NCBI GenBank assembly: GCA_900546285.1
Contig: URCJ01000001.1
Location: 40,590-104,589 of the forward strand
DNA: 64,000 nt
Reading direction: 5' to 3'
DNA from: an uncultured Solobacterium sp.
GTDB taxonomy: Bacteria > Bacillota_I > Bacilli_A > Erysipelotrichales > Erysipelotrichaceae
The position numbers were made by a program, and so were the translations under genes. Numbering within the stretch: the stretch's first letter is position 1; every line of letters starts with the position of its first letter. Positions 17,667-28,052 of this stretch are shown piece after piece. The notes beneath the pieces are model-generated. The model ran no database searches. It was given only the letters and a program-made list of their open reading frames with translations, and had not been told where the DNA came from.

Positions 17667-18518
17667 ATGTTAAAAATTATTACAGATAGTGCTAGTGATA
17701 TTACATTAGCCCAAGCTAAAGAGCTTAACGTTGACATGATTTCTCTTAATGTGACTTTTGAAGGAAAAACATATAAAGAGGAAAAGGATATATCTAAAGA
17801 AGAATTTTTTGATTTGTTGGTAAATAGTCCATCATTTCCAATAACTTCTCAACCCGCTCCAAGTGAGCTTATGGAAATATTAGAAGAGGCAAAAAAGAAT
17901 AATGATGAGGTGATTGGCATTTTCTTGTCTTCTAAGATTTCTGGTACTTATGATAATGCAGTTATGATCAAGAATATGGTTGAGATTGATAATTGTCATT
18001 TTATAGATTCTTTGAGTTGTTCATGTGGTGAAAGATATTTGGTTAATGAAGCTTGTAGGATGAGAGAAGAAGGCATTAACTTTAATGATATCGTAAGTAC
18101 TTTAGAGGAGCTTAAGACAAGAGTTAGAGTTATGGCTGGTGCTGATAACCTAGATTATTTAGCCAAAGGTGGTAGAGTCAATGCGGTTGCTCATAAGGTT
18201 GGTAACTTGTTGAAGTTTAAACCGTTGGTTACTTTAGACTTGGAGGGTAAAGTATCTTTGTTTTCTAAGCCTAGGGGTACTAAGAGTGCGATTGAGGAAT
18301 TGGTTTTAAAGTTAGTTAATGAAAGGTTAGATGAAAGATTTCCTATATGTGCCTTATATACACCTAGTATTGGTAATATGTTGAAACTTGTTGAGAAGCT
18401 AGCCAATGTTGGTGTTGAGATTCATGAATTTAATAAGCATATGATTGGTGCTGTTATTGGTTCTCATTTGGGTCCAAATAGCTTTGGTTTAGCTTATGTT
18501 GTTAAGGAAAATAAGTAA
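17667..18518 (+). CDS. DegV-family fatty-acid-binding protein
   Basis: MLKIITDSASDI... with the typical DegV length and pattern. Confidence 0.85.
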   Translation: MLKIITDSASDITLAQAKELNVDMISLNVTFEGKTYKEEKDISKEEFFDLLVNSPSFPITSQPAPSELMEILEEAKKNNDEVIGIFLSSKISGTYDNAVMIKNMVEIDNCHFIDSLSCSCGERYLVNEACRMREEGINFNDIVSTLEELKTRVRVMAGADNLDYLAKGGRVNAVAHKVGNLLKFKPLVTLDLEGKVSLFSKPRGTKSAIEELVLKLVNERLDERFPICALYTPSIGNMLKLVEKLANVGVEIHEFNKHMIGAVIGSHLGPNSFGLAYVVKENK

Positions 18519-18526
18519 CGGTAGTA

Positions 18527-18550
18527 ATACCGTTATTTTTGTTAGGGGAA
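18527..18550 (+). terminator. Rho-independent terminator after degV
   Basis: AACGGTA-gtaa-TACCGTT followed by ATTTTTG. Confidence 0.5.
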
Positions 18551-18686
18551 CATCATTTTTAATAGTGAAAATATTAATATACAAAATATTGTATATTTTG
18601 AGCATTATGGTTGCTAAAATGATGCAAAAATATTACAATAAACGACGTAAAACGACGATGTCGTTGTTTATATAGAAAGAGGTAGT

Positions 18687-20924
18687 ATGAAAGAACAGTG
18701 GAGCGGATTTAAAAGTGGCAAGTGGTGCAATGAAATTGATGTAAGGGATTTCATTCAAACTAACTACAAGCCATATGATGGTGATGAGAGTTTCTTAGCT
18801 GGTGCAACAGAGGCAACTGATAAGCTATGGGGCGAATTACAAATTTTACAAAAGGAAGAAAGAGCCAAGGGTGGCGTGCTTGATATGGAAACTGAAGTAG
18901 TAAGTGGTATTACTGCTTATGGTGCTGCATATCTTGATAAAGATTTAGAAAAGGTTGTTGGTTTACAAACAGATAAGCCATTAAAGAGAGCATTTATGCC
19001 TTATGGTGGTATCCGTATGGCTGAACAAAGCTGTCAAATGTATGGTTATGAACCAAGTCAAGAGTTACATGATATTTTTACTAAGTATCATACAACTCAC
19101 TCTGATGCAGTTTTCTCTTGTTATACAAAGGAAATGAAGACTGCAAGACATAACAAGATTATTACAGGTTTACCTGATACTTATGGTAGAGGTAGAATTG
19201 TTGGTGACTATAGAAGAATCGCCTTATACGGTATTGATTATCTAATCGAATGTAAACAAAATGATTTAGATGAATACGGTGGCGGTTTAATGGATGAAGT
19301 CGTTTGTCGTCAAAAGGAAGAGATTGCTAAGCAAATCAAGGCTTTAAAGGCTATGAAGGAAATGGCTTTAAGCTATGGTTTCGATATTTCTTTACCTGCA
19401 AAGGATTCATATGAAGCTGCGCAATGGCTATACTTTGGTTATTTAGCTGCTATTAAGACTCAAAATGGTGCTGCTATGTCAGTAGGTAGAATTGCTACTT
19501 TCTTAGATATCTATTTTGAAAGAGACTTAGCTAGTGGTAAGTATACTGAATCTGAGATTCAAGAGATCGTTGACCATTTAACTATGAAGTTTAGAATGGT
19601 TAAGTTCGCTAGAGTTGAAAGCTATAACCAATTATTCTCTGGTGACCCAGTATGGGCAACACTTGATTTAGCTGGTGCTGGTGTAGATGGTAGAAGTATG
19701 GTTACTAAGACTGACTTCCGTTTCTTGCATACTTTAGAGAATATGGGACCTTCTCCTGAACCAAATGTTACTGTTTTATATACTTCAAGACTTCCTGAAG
19801 GCTTTAAGAAGTATGCAGCTAAGATTTCAGTAGATACAAGTTCTATTCAATATGAAAATGATGATGTAATGCGTGTTGTTTGGGGTGATGACTATGCAAT
19901 TTGTTGTTGTGTAAGTGCTACTCAAACTGGTAAGGAAATGCAATTCTTTGGTGCTAGAGCTAACTTAGCTAAGTGTCTTCTTTACGCTATCAATGGTGGT
20001 AAGGATGAAAAGACTAAGATGCAAGTTGGTCCTATCTATCAACCAATTACTTCTGAATACTTAGATTTCGAAGAAGTAATGACTAAGTATGACTTAATGA
20101 TGAGTTGGTTGGCTAAGTTATATGTAAATACATTAAACTTAATCCACTATATGCATGATAAGTACTATTATGAAGCAGCTCAAATGGCTTTAATTGATAC
20201 TGAAGTAAGAAGAACTTTCGCTACTGGTATTGCGGGTTTCAGTCATGTTGTTGACTCATTAAGTGCTATTAAATATGCTAAGGTTAAGACAATTAGAGAT
20301 GAAGATGGTCTTGTAGTTGATTATGAAGTTGAGGGTGATTTCCCAAGATACGGTAATGATGATGATAGAGCAGATGATATCGCTATTTGGTTATTAAAGA
20401 CTTTCTTAGAGAAGGTTAAGGAAAACCATACTTATAGAAATTCTGAGGCTACTACTTCAATTCTTACTATCACTTCAAATGTTGTATATGGTAAGGCTAC
20501 AGGTTCTTTACCTGATGGTAGAAAGGCTGGTGAACCATTATCTCCAGGTGCTAACCCAGCTTATGGTGCTGAAAAGAATGGTTTAATTTCTTCATTAAAT
20601 TCAGTTGCTAAGTTGCCTTATGAATATGCTCTTGATGGCATTTCAAATACACAAACTATTAACCCTGATGCACTAGGTCATAGTGAGGATGAAAGAGTTA
20701 ATAACTTAGTTAACGTATTAGATGGTTACTTCGATAGAGGTGCTCACCACTTGAATGTTAACGTGTTCGGTGTAGAAAAGTTAAAAGATGCTATGGAACA
20801 TCCAGAAAAACCAGAATATGCAAACTTCACAATTAGAGTTTCTGGTTATGCTGTTAAGTTCATTGACTTGACTCGTGAACAACAACTAGATGTTATCAGC
20901 AGAACTTGTCATGACCACATGTAA
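18687..20924 (+). CDS. pflB: Pyruvate formate-lyase (glycyl radical enzyme)
   Basis: 745 aa, with the C-terminal glycyl radical motif RVSGYAVKF and active-site CCVS. Confidence 0.95.
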   Translation: MKEQWSGFKSGKWCNEIDVRDFIQTNYKPYDGDESFLAGATEATDKLWGELQILQKEERAKGGVLDMETEVVSGITAYGAAYLDKDLEKVVGLQTDKPLKRAFMPYGGIRMAEQSCQMYGYEPSQELHDIFTKYHTTHSDAVFSCYTKEMKTARHNKIITGLPDTYGRGRIVGDYRRIALYGIDYLIECKQNDLDEYGGGLMDEVVCRQKEEIAKQIKALKAMKEMALSYGFDISLPAKDSYEAAQWLYFGYLAAIKTQNGAAMSVGRIATFLDIYFERDLASGKYTESEIQEIVDHLTMKFRMVKFARVESYNQLFSGDPVWATLDLAGAGVDGRSMVTKTDFRFLHTLENMGPSPEPNVTVLYTSRLPEGFKKYAAKISVDTSSIQYENDDVMRVVWGDDYAICCCVSATQTGKEMQFFGARANLAKCLLYAINGGKDEKTKMQVGPIYQPITSEYLDFEEVMTKYDLMMSWLAKLYVNTLNLIHYMHDKYYYEAAQMALIDTEVRRTFATGIAGFSHVVDSLSAIKYAKVKTIRDEDGLVVDYEVEGDFPRYGNDDDRADDIAIWLLKTFLEKVKENHTYRNSEATTSILTITSNVVYGKATGSLPDGRKAGEPLSPGANPAYGAEKNGLISSLNSVAKLPYEYALDGISNTQTINPDALGHSEDERVNNLVNVLDGYFDRGAHHLNVNVFGVEKLKDAMEHPEKPEYANFTIRVSGYAVKFIDLTREQQLDVISRTCHDHM

Positions 20925-21663
20925 TAACAATTTAGGTTTTATTCATTCATGCGAATCCTTTGGCTCAGTTGATGGGCCAGGGGTTCGCTATATTGTTTTT
21001 ATGCAAGGTTGCAATATGCGTTGTGCATATTGTCATAATCCAGATACTTGGAAGACAGGTGTTGGTGATAAAACCGCCAAGGAAATCTTTGATAAGGCTA
21101 TTAGATGCAAGTCTTACTGGCGAAATGGTGGTGGTATTACCGTTTCTGGTGGTGAACCCTTATTACAACTTGATTTCTTGATTGATCTATTTACTTTATG
21201 TAAACAAGATGGTGTTAATACTTGTATTGATACTTGTGGTCAACCTTTTGATTTAAACAATAGTGAATTCATGTCTAAGTTTGATGAGTTATTAGAGCTT
21301 ACTGATTTACTTTTAGTGGATCTTAAGCATATTGATAATGAGAAACACATTGAACTTACTGGTAAGCCAAATACTAATATTTTAGAGATGTTTAAGTATT
21401 TGGATGAGAAGAATAAGCCTATTTGGATTAGACATGTTCTTGTTCCTGGTATTAATGATGATGAGGCTTCTTTAAATAGAACTAAGGGATTTATTGATTC
21501 TTTATCTAATGTGAAAAGGGTTGAGGTTCTTCCTTATCATACTCTTGGTATACACAAATGGGAGATGCTAGGTATTAAATATCGCTTAGATGGTGTTTTA
21601 CCTCCTAGCAAGGAACAAATAAGTAGAGCTAATACAATTTTAGATACTCAAAAATACAAATAA
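20911..21663 (+). CDS. pflA: Pyruvate formate-lyase activating enzyme (radical SAM)
   Basis: CAYCHN radical-SAM cluster motif and glycine-rich SGGEP. The start is ambiguous (20890 or 20911) and overlaps the pflB 3' end. Confidence 0.85.
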   Translation: MTTCNNNLGFIHSCESFGSVDGPGVRYIVFMQGCNMRCAYCHNPDTWKTGVGDKTAKEIFDKAIRCKSYWRNGGGITVSGGEPLLQLDFLIDLFTLCKQDGVNTCIDTCGQPFDLNNSEFMSKFDELLELTDLLLVDLKHIDNEKHIELTGKPNTNILEMFKYLDEKNKPIWIRHVLVPGINDDEASLNRTKGFIDSLSNVKRVEVLPYHTLGIHKWEMLGIKYRLDGVLPPSKEQISRANTILDTQKYK

Positions 21664-21691
21664 GTCATTGCCTAAGGTGATGACTTTTTTA
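21662..21691 (+). terminator. Terminator hairpin after pflA, copy 1 of a 29-30-nt direct repeat
   Basis: AAGTCATTGCCTAAGGTGATGACTTTTTT: stem AGTCAT/ATGACT plus a T-run. The identical sequence recurs at 22932-22960. Confidence 0.55.
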
Positions 21692-21722
21692 TAGCCTTTT
21701 CAATCTTATGATAATCACTCAA

Positions 21723-21752
21723 ATATATTGATTGATAACTTGTGATAACTTG
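21723..21752. repeat. Tandem 10-bp repeat (TGATAACTTG)x2 plus TGATAATTTG
   Basis: Read directly; it lies about 125 bp upstream of the 21876 CDS. Confidence 0.7.
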
Positions 21753-21875
21753 TGATAATTTGCAATTAATCGTTGAGTATGTTTTAATTTAATTGTAAAT
21801 GGTACAGTAATTGATATTTGTTTCTATATGTATGTAATCATTAAGAAACATAAGCACTAGTAATTCTTTCTTGAT

Positions 21876-22409
21876 GTGGAACTAAAAAAGGAGGTTGAAA
21901 AAATGAAAAAGAGAGTTATTTTGTTTGTTTCCATACTTATGATTTTTAATGTTTTTTGCATTAAAGATGTAAGAGCTAATGATGAAGAACCTTATGGAGT
22001 TGTTTGCCAATACTACCAGTCATACAGATCTCAATCTACAACAAGGGATGTAAAGGTACCTGCAAGAACGATGACAGGTATAAATAATACTGGAACAGAA
22101 CAGTCAGAACAATTCTCTGCTAGTAGGGAGGTTTCTTTTGTGGGAAATGTATCAGTAAGTGTCGAACGAGAATTGATATTAACTACTGTTGGAGGTACAG
22201 TCGAAGTTTCGTATGGTGTTAGTACAACAGACGTACACACTGTCAATATGGTAATACCACCTTACACCACTTATCATGTTGAAATTGGTTCATATAAAAC
22301 AACTACAAATGGCTATATTCAAACTACATATACAGATTGTTCAACAAGCACTTCATCTTTGAAAAATTTGAAGTACACAACAGGACCTTACGCTGATTGG
22401 TATGAGTAA
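21876..22409 (+). CDS. Secreted Thr/Ser/Val/Tyr-rich beta-type protein with two Cys; function unknown
   Basis: Good RBS (AAAAGGAGG). Sec signal peptide MKKRVILFVSILMIFNVFCIKDVRA; the mature ~150 aa has alternating beta-strand-like segments; no family recognised. Confidence 0.5.
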   Translation: MELKKEVEKMKKRVILFVSILMIFNVFCIKDVRANDEEPYGVVCQYYQSYRSQSTTRDVKVPARTMTGINNTGTEQSEQFSASREVSFVGNVSVSVERELILTTVGGTVEVSYGVSTTDVHTVNMVIPPYTTYHVEIGSYKTTTNGYIQTTYTDCSTSTSSLKNLKYTTGPYADWYE

Positions 22410-22899
22410 GATAAATGTTAATAAAAAGATAATTGTCATAGTAGTTGTTATAATTGCGTCTATTGGTTTGGGTTTTGTTCTTGGCACGTTTTATGAAAAA
22501 TCTAAGCATAATTTCGAAAAAGTTGATATTAGCCCTTATGCAGTATTTAAAAAAATAATAATTAATAATGTTGTCTTTGATGACGAGTATGTAAATATGG
22601 TTATTGAATACGAAGTGGAAGATGAACCTAGTAAACTATGTAAAGCTGGTATTATCAATAACGAATTTCAATTTGAGGTCAGTGGAGCTGTCTATGTTGA
22701 TGAGTCAAGAATTCCTTTTGAAAATTTAGAAGAGCCAATTACATTAGACGCAAATCGTAGTGGTAAACTTAGTATAAAAATGAAATTGAGTAGCGAGGCA
22801 AAATTGTTAGGAGCTGATTTCCTAAATAAATGTCGTCATGTTGAAGCAAGATTGAACTTCAATATTAATGATTCTTATTTATGTACATACTTAAAATGA
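22402..22899 (+). CDS. N-terminally membrane-anchored protein of unknown function (partner of the secreted protein)
   Basis: Start overlaps the upstream stop (translational coupling). One TM (IIVIVVVIIASIGLGFVLGTF) followed by a ~130-aa extracytoplasmic domain. Confidence 0.5.
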   Translation: MSKINVNKKIIVIVVVIIASIGLGFVLGTFYEKSKHNFEKVDISPYAVFKKIIINNVVFDDEYVNMVIEYEVEDEPSKLCKAGIINNEFQFEVSGAVYVDESRIPFENLEEPITLDANRSGKLSIKMKLSSEAKLLGADFLNKCRHVEARLNFNINDSYLCTYLK

Positions 22900-22931
22900 T
22901 ACTTTCTTAAACAAAAACAATTTACAAGTGC

Positions 22932-22961
22932 TTTTTGTTATATCTAATACAAAAGTCATTG
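22932..22961 (+). terminator. Terminator hairpin, copy 2 of the direct repeat bracketing the cassette
   Basis: Same 29-nt sequence as 21662-21690 followed by T7. Confidence 0.55.
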
Positions 22962-22995
22962 CCTAAGGTGATGACTTTTTTATATCATAAATATA

Positions 22996-24498
22996 ATGAA
23001 AAGTGTTTTAGGCCGTATCATTACTTTGGTGTTCATGGTTCTTGGTGAACTAGCTTTAGGGGTCTTGTTATTTAATTATTTGACTTCTAAATTTGTTTTT
23101 ATTGAAGTTTTTTTACATATACTAGCGGTAATTGTGGTCTTAAATATTATTAGAACTTCTAAGCATTTATCTAGTGATATAACTTGGATTTTTTTAATTA
23201 TTTTATTTCCAGTACCAGCTACTTTTGTCTTTCTTTTGACTTATTTTAATTTGTTTATTAATAGAACTTTTAAGTCAATTGTTAAGGAAGAAAAGAAGGC
23301 AGTTACTTTTCTTAAACAGGATGATGATGTATTAGAGGATTTAAAGAGTGAATGTATTGATTATTATCAAGATTTCATGTTTCTAAAAAATAGTAATTTT
23401 CCTATCTACCACAATAATAATTTTGATTATTATAGTCCTGGTGAAAAGGGCTTTCCTGTTTTGTTGAGTGAACTTAAGAAGGCCAAGAAGTATATCTTTA
23501 TGGAGTATTTCATTATTGAAGAAGGAATTATGTTTAATTCTATTTTGGATATTCTAAAAGAAAAGGTAAAAGAGGGTGTTGAGTGTAGGGTTATGTATGA
23601 TGATATGGGTTCTTTACATACTTTACCTAAATCGTATGCCAAAATACTTGAGTCTTATGGTATTAAGGCAGTTACTTTTAATAAGGTAACGCCAATTTTA
23701 AGTACTATTATGAATAATCGTGATCATCGTAAGATTTTAATTATTGATGGTAAGGTAGCCTTTAGTGGTGGTGTTAATTTGGCTGATGAATATATCAATA
23801 AGAAAGTTGTTCATGGTAAGTGGTTAGATAATATCATTAGAGTTAAGGGCAAAGCAGTAGATTCAATGTTAGTAACTTTCTTAACTAACTGGAATGCCCT
23901 AAGACATGAGGATGTTGATTATAGAAAATTCATGGTAGAGCATAGAGAGAAGGTTAAGGATGGTTTTATCGTTCCTTATAGTGAGACACCTCTAGACTTT
24001 GAATTAACGGCACAGAGTGTTTATATGGATATTTTAAATAGAGCCAAGGATTATGTTTATATCATGACTCCTTATTTGATTATTGATGAAGAAATGATCA
24101 ATTGTCTTATTCATACTGCTAAAAAAGGTGTAGATGTTAAGATTATTGTCCCAGGTGTAGCTGATAAAAAGATAATTCATGATATTGGTGAGTCTTATTA
24201 TGACCAATTAATTAGGGGTGGCGTTAAGATCTATGAATATAGACCTGGTTTTGTGCATGCAAAAGTATTTGTGAGTGATGATGTTTCAAGTGTTGTCGGC
24301 ACTATTAACCTTGATTATCGTTCTTTATATCTTCATTTTGAGAATGCGGTCCTTTTGTATAAGAGTAAGAAGATAATGGATATTAAAAAGGATTTCTTAA
24401 ATGCGTTAGAAGATTCAGTGGAAATTAAACATGCTCGTTTTTCTCTTGTGAAAAACTTTTTGATGAGCGTGTTAAGGATATTTGCGTCTTTGTTGTAG
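22996..24498 (+). CDS. cls: Cardiolipin synthase (two PLD HKD motifs)
   Basis: HRKILIIDG and HAKVFVSDD HKD motifs; N-terminal TM helices; 500 aa. Confidence 0.85.
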   Translation: MKSVLGRIITLVFMVLGELALGVLLFNYLTSKFVFIEVFLHILAVIVVLNIIRTSKHLSSDITWIFLIILFPVPATFVFLLTYFNLFINRTFKSIVKEEKKAVTFLKQDDDVLEDLKSECIDYYQDFMFLKNSNFPIYHNNNFDYYSPGEKGFPVLLSELKKAKKYIFMEYFIIEEGIMFNSILDILKEKVKEGVECRVMYDDMGSLHTLPKSYAKILESYGIKAVTFNKVTPILSTIMNNRDHRKILIIDGKVAFSGGVNLADEYINKKVVHGKWLDNIIRVKGKAVDSMLVTFLTNWNALRHEDVDYRKFMVEHREKVKDGFIVPYSETPLDFELTAQSVYMDILNRAKDYVYIMTPYLIIDEEMINCLIHTAKKGVDVKIIVPGVADKKIIHDIGESYYDQLIRGGVKIYEYRPGFVHAKVFVSDDVSSVVGTINLDYRSLYLHFENAVLLYKSKKIMDIKKDFLNALEDSVEIKHARFSLVKNFLMSVLRIFASLL

Positions 24499-24511
24499 AT
24501 AGGGGGATAAT

Positions 24512-25843
24512 ATGAAATTAAACTACAAAAGAACGATTTTAGTGGGCTTAGCTTTCATGTCCATCTGTGCTTTTTGGCAGATGTATGATGGCATTGTTCC
24601 ACTAATCCTAACCAACACTTTTCATTTAAATGAAACGTTGTCAGGTATGATCATGGCTCTTGATAATGTCTTGGCCTTATTCTTATTACCTTTGTTTGGT
24701 TCTTTGTCTGATAAGACAGAAACAAATATTGGTAAGCGTATGCCGTTTATCTTATTTGGTACGGGTTTGGCAGTAATCTTAATGAACTTCTTACCAATTA
24801 TTGATAATGCCTACTATGGTGAACCAACTACATTTAAACTTATTTCTTTTATAATTGTGCTTGGTTTCTTATTGATTGCGATGGGAACTTATCGTTCTCC
24901 TGCTGTAGCTTTGATGCCTGATGTTACACCTAATCCATTAAGATCTAAGGCTAATGCGATTATTAATTTAATGGGTGCTATTGGTGGCATTATCTACTTA
25001 GCTTTAGCTAGTATTCTTTATCCACATGCTAAGACTGCTGGTGTTGAGCATGTTAATTATCAAATATTGTTTATCTTGATTTCAGCACTAATGTTTATTT
25101 GTGTTGGCATCTTATTCTTAACTATTAAGGAACCTAAATTAAGACAAGAGAATCTAGAGCTTGAGAAACAACATCCTGAATGGGACTTAGCTGTTGATGA
25201 TGGCAGTGGTGATGAAAAGTTACCTCCTGAAGTTAAAAGATCTCTTGGTTTCCTATTAGCATCTATTGCCCTATGGTTTATGGGCTATAATGGTGTGACC
25301 ACTTGGTTTACAACCTATGTTTCTAAGGTAATGGGTGCAGGTCTTGGTGGTGCTAGTACTTGTTTATTAGTAGCTACAGCTGGTGCTATTGTCTCTTATA
25401 TTCCAGTTGGCGCTCTAGCTTCTAAGGTAGGAAGAAAAAAGTGTATCCTATTTGGTGTTATTTTGTTAGCTTCAATGTTTATTATGGGCTTTGTCTTAAC
25501 AACTATCTTTGATCAAATCAATTTTGTAATGTATATCTGTTTCGCCCTTGTAGGACTAGCATGGGCTAGCATCAATGTTAATTCACTTCCAATGGTTGTT
25601 GAAATGTGTAAGGGTAGCGATATCGGTAAGTTTACTGGTTATTACTATACAGCTAGTATGGCTGCTCAAATTATCACTCCAGTGTGTGCAGGTACTTTAA
25701 TGAGACTTATTTCTTATAAAGTATTATTTATCTATTCTGCAGTATTTGTATTAGCATCTTATTTCACTATGTCTCAAGTTAAGCATGGGGATCAAAAGGT
25801 TGCAGGTAAGAAAGGCTTAGAAGCTTTCGAAGATTTAGATTAA
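24512..25843 (+). CDS. MFS/GPH-family cation symporter-like transporter
   Basis: 443 aa, about 12 TM, with an MFS signature-like loop (GSLSDKTETNIGKRMPF). Confidence 0.7.
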   Translation: MKLNYKRTILVGLAFMSICAFWQMYDGIVPLILTNTFHLNETLSGMIMALDNVLALFLLPLFGSLSDKTETNIGKRMPFILFGTGLAVILMNFLPIIDNAYYGEPTTFKLISFIIVLGFLLIAMGTYRSPAVALMPDVTPNPLRSKANAIINLMGAIGGIIYLALASILYPHAKTAGVEHVNYQILFILISALMFICVGILFLTIKEPKLRQENLELEKQHPEWDLAVDDGSGDEKLPPEVKRSLGFLLASIALWFMGYNGVTTWFTTYVSKVMGAGLGGASTCLLVATAGAIVSYIPVGALASKVGRKKCILFGVILLASMFIMGFVLTTIFDQINFVMYICFALVGLAWASINVNSLPMVVEMCKGSDIGKFTGYYYTASMAAQIITPVCAGTLMRLISYKVLFIYSAVFVLASYFTMSQVKHGDQKVAGKKGLEAFEDLD

Positions 25844-25844
25844 T

Positions 25845-27077
25845 ATGAATAAATCCAAGTACATTTTAATGAGTTTGTTTACCTTTATATTTTTGAGTTG
25901 TGAGTTTCTTTTTGTTGACATCATATCTTTAACGACAAAAGGGATTAGTGCAGTCAATGCTCAAAACTATGTGTTAGGTAGTAGTGTGCTTGGATTTTTT
26001 CTTTATTCATTCATTGATAAACATAAAAGTATCTATATTGTTGCTTGTATACTTTCGCTTATAAGTTTTATATTCGTAATCAATTTAGATACTTATATTT
26101 CAATACTTATATCAGGACTTATGTTATTCCTATTTTTAGGAATCTTAGGTGGCGCCTCTTATTATAAGTCAATCTGTGATAGTGCTACTGTTGTAGGTGT
26201 ATCTTATATGTGTGGTACTTTACTACAATTTGTGGTTAATTATCTAAGTATTGAAATATATATCATTCCTCTTTGTTTAGTATTGTTGTCAATTTGTTTA
26301 TTTAAAACTAATGTTGATGAAATGATACTAGTAAAAAAAGATACAAAAGAATTATCTATCATACTAATATTGTTAGTATCATTACTAACAATTGTTTTTT
26401 CAACACTAGATAATGCGGTAACTATTTATCATGCCAATAAGGTCTTAGATATTGGAAGATGGCCAAGATTACTTTTAGCTTTTAGTGCTTTGTTGGCTGG
26501 TTTCTTATATGATATAAGATCAAGAAAATATATGAGTATCATCATCTATTGTGTGATGGTTCTTTCCACTATTTGTTTATTAGTTAATGAATTACTTGGT
26601 CTAATAATCTTTTATTTGTCGGCTGGTTTCTTTGCGGTCTTTTTCACTTCGGCTTTTTTAGAATTAGCACCCTATACTAATAGACCAAAACTATATGCAG
26701 GAATGGGTAGGGCTATCAATAATTTAGTGGCAATTCTTATTTCTAATCTGTCTTTAAATTTATTAAGCAGTGGCAATAAGTTTCTTATCATCAGTATTGA
26801 ATTAATCTTATTTGTCTTTACTAGTATTCTTACTTTTGTTTATACCAATAAATATAAATTGTTTATAGAATCTAGTGATAATCAAGTAAAAGAATATAAT
26901 TTAACCCCAAGGGAAAGGGAAGTTTTAAATCTATTAATTAGCAGTGATGATAAGTTACAAGAAATAGCTGATAAGTTAAGTATTTCTAAAAGAACACTAG
27001 AAAGATATGTAACTTCTATTTATAAGAAAACTAATACTACATCTCGTGTAGGCCTTATTTCTTTGTTTAAAAAATAA
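25845..27077 (+). CDS. Polytopic membrane protein with C-terminal LuxR-type HTH (membrane-bound transcriptional regulator)
   Basis: About 10 TM segments, then REREVLNLLISSDDKLQEIADKLSISKRTLERYVTSIYKK (LuxR/GerE HTH). It begins 1 nt after the MFS stop. Confidence 0.6.
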   Translation: MNKSKYILMSLFTFIFLSCEFLFVDIISLTTKGISAVNAQNYVLGSSVLGFFLYSFIDKHKSIYIVACILSLISFIFVINLDTYISILISGLMLFLFLGILGGASYYKSICDSATVVGVSYMCGTLLQFVVNYLSIEIYIIPLCLVLLSICLFKTNVDEMILVKKDTKELSIILILLVSLLTIVFSTLDNAVTIYHANKVLDIGRWPRLLLAFSALLAGFLYDIRSRKYMSIIIYCVMVLSTICLLVNELLGLIIFYLSAGFFAVFFTSAFLELAPYTNRPKLYAGMGRAINNLVAILISNLSLNLLSSGNKFLIISIELILFVFTSILTFVYTNKYKLFIESSDNQVKEYNLTPREREVLNLLISSDDKLQEIADKLSISKRTLERYVTSIYKKTNTTSRVGLISLFKK

Positions 27078-27129
27078 TTGGCGGATATCCCTTATATATG
27101 TTTTTGTTCATGTTTCTTAAAATATAAGC

Positions 27130-28044
27130 ATGAAGTATATTATCTTATCCATTTGTTTATTAATGTCATTAGGTGCTTGTAAGTCTATTGAACATACTCA
27201 GGCAGATCCTGTTAATCTAACTCAATATCTTTTAAAAGAAAGAGGACTTGCCTATGATAAATCAGATTATAAAAAGTTGGAAAAGGGTGATGTTGATATC
27301 AGTGAATATAGTGAATTTGACTTAAATAATCACATGTTCAATGATGGAATAGTTTATAAGGTAAGCTTAGATAATTTATTTTCTAATGGTTATAATATCG
27401 AGTTTATAACTGATATAGGATATAAAAATCCTCTGTCTTGGTCTATTAAAGATAGTGATATTGATATTTATTTAAAAGATGATGAAGGATTAAAAATCAA
27501 CTTTGATACTTTAGAAGAAAAAAAGATTGATGAATCTTTATTTAATAGGGTATATCGTTACAAGGGTGATACTTTAAAAGATGATACTGATTATTTTAAA
27601 GGTGCCAATAAGATATATGATTTTGATGACTATATGCTTGCCTTGTTTGAAGACAAATTGAGTATTCTTTATTCATTTGACTATTTAAATTTAGACGAGT
27701 ATAGGGATATGGGCAAAAGAGAATATCTTGCCTTTGAACTTGAAATAGAAGGATATCCTATTAGAATCTTTAATTCTAATATTTTAATGACTAACTGCGC
27801 TTACTATGAAATTCTTTATGCTGATGAACCTAATTTTCCTGATACTTGTAATTTAGTTTTAAAAGAAATTGGTATCTTATCTACTTTTTATAGAGATGTT
27901 AGAAATATAGTTGGCGACTATGTAATTTGTGATGATTACACATTATTACCACTTAAAAAGATTATTAAGGGAAATGATGGTGAGTTTTATAAATATGATC
28001 CCCATAGCTTTTACAAGGATAATGGGATTAGATATATCGAATAG
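27130..28044 (+). CDS. Lipoprotein of unknown function
   Basis: Lipobox LMSLGAC; acidic, Tyr/Asp-rich; no family recognised. Confidence 0.5.
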   Translation: MKYIILSICLLMSLGACKSIEHTQADPVNLTQYLLKERGLAYDKSDYKKLEKGDVDISEYSEFDLNNHMFNDGIVYKVSLDNLFSNGYNIEFITDIGYKNPLSWSIKDSDIDIYLKDDEGLKINFDTLEEKKIDESLFNRVYRYKGDTLKDDTDYFKGANKIYDFDDYMLALFEDKLSILYSFDYLNLDEYRDMGKREYLAFELEIEGYPIRIFNSNILMTNCAYYEILYADEPNFPDTCNLVLKEIGILSTFYRDVRNIVGDYVICDDYTLLPLKKIIKGNDGEFYKYDPHSFYKDNGIRYIE

Positions 28045-28052
28045 GAGGCTAT

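Noticed and set aside
20890-20910. The pflA start at 20890 from the ORF track.
   Set aside because: Either start lacks a good RBS. 20911 gives the shorter overlap with pflB and an N-terminus closer to known PflA proteins. It is left as ambiguous rather than resolved.
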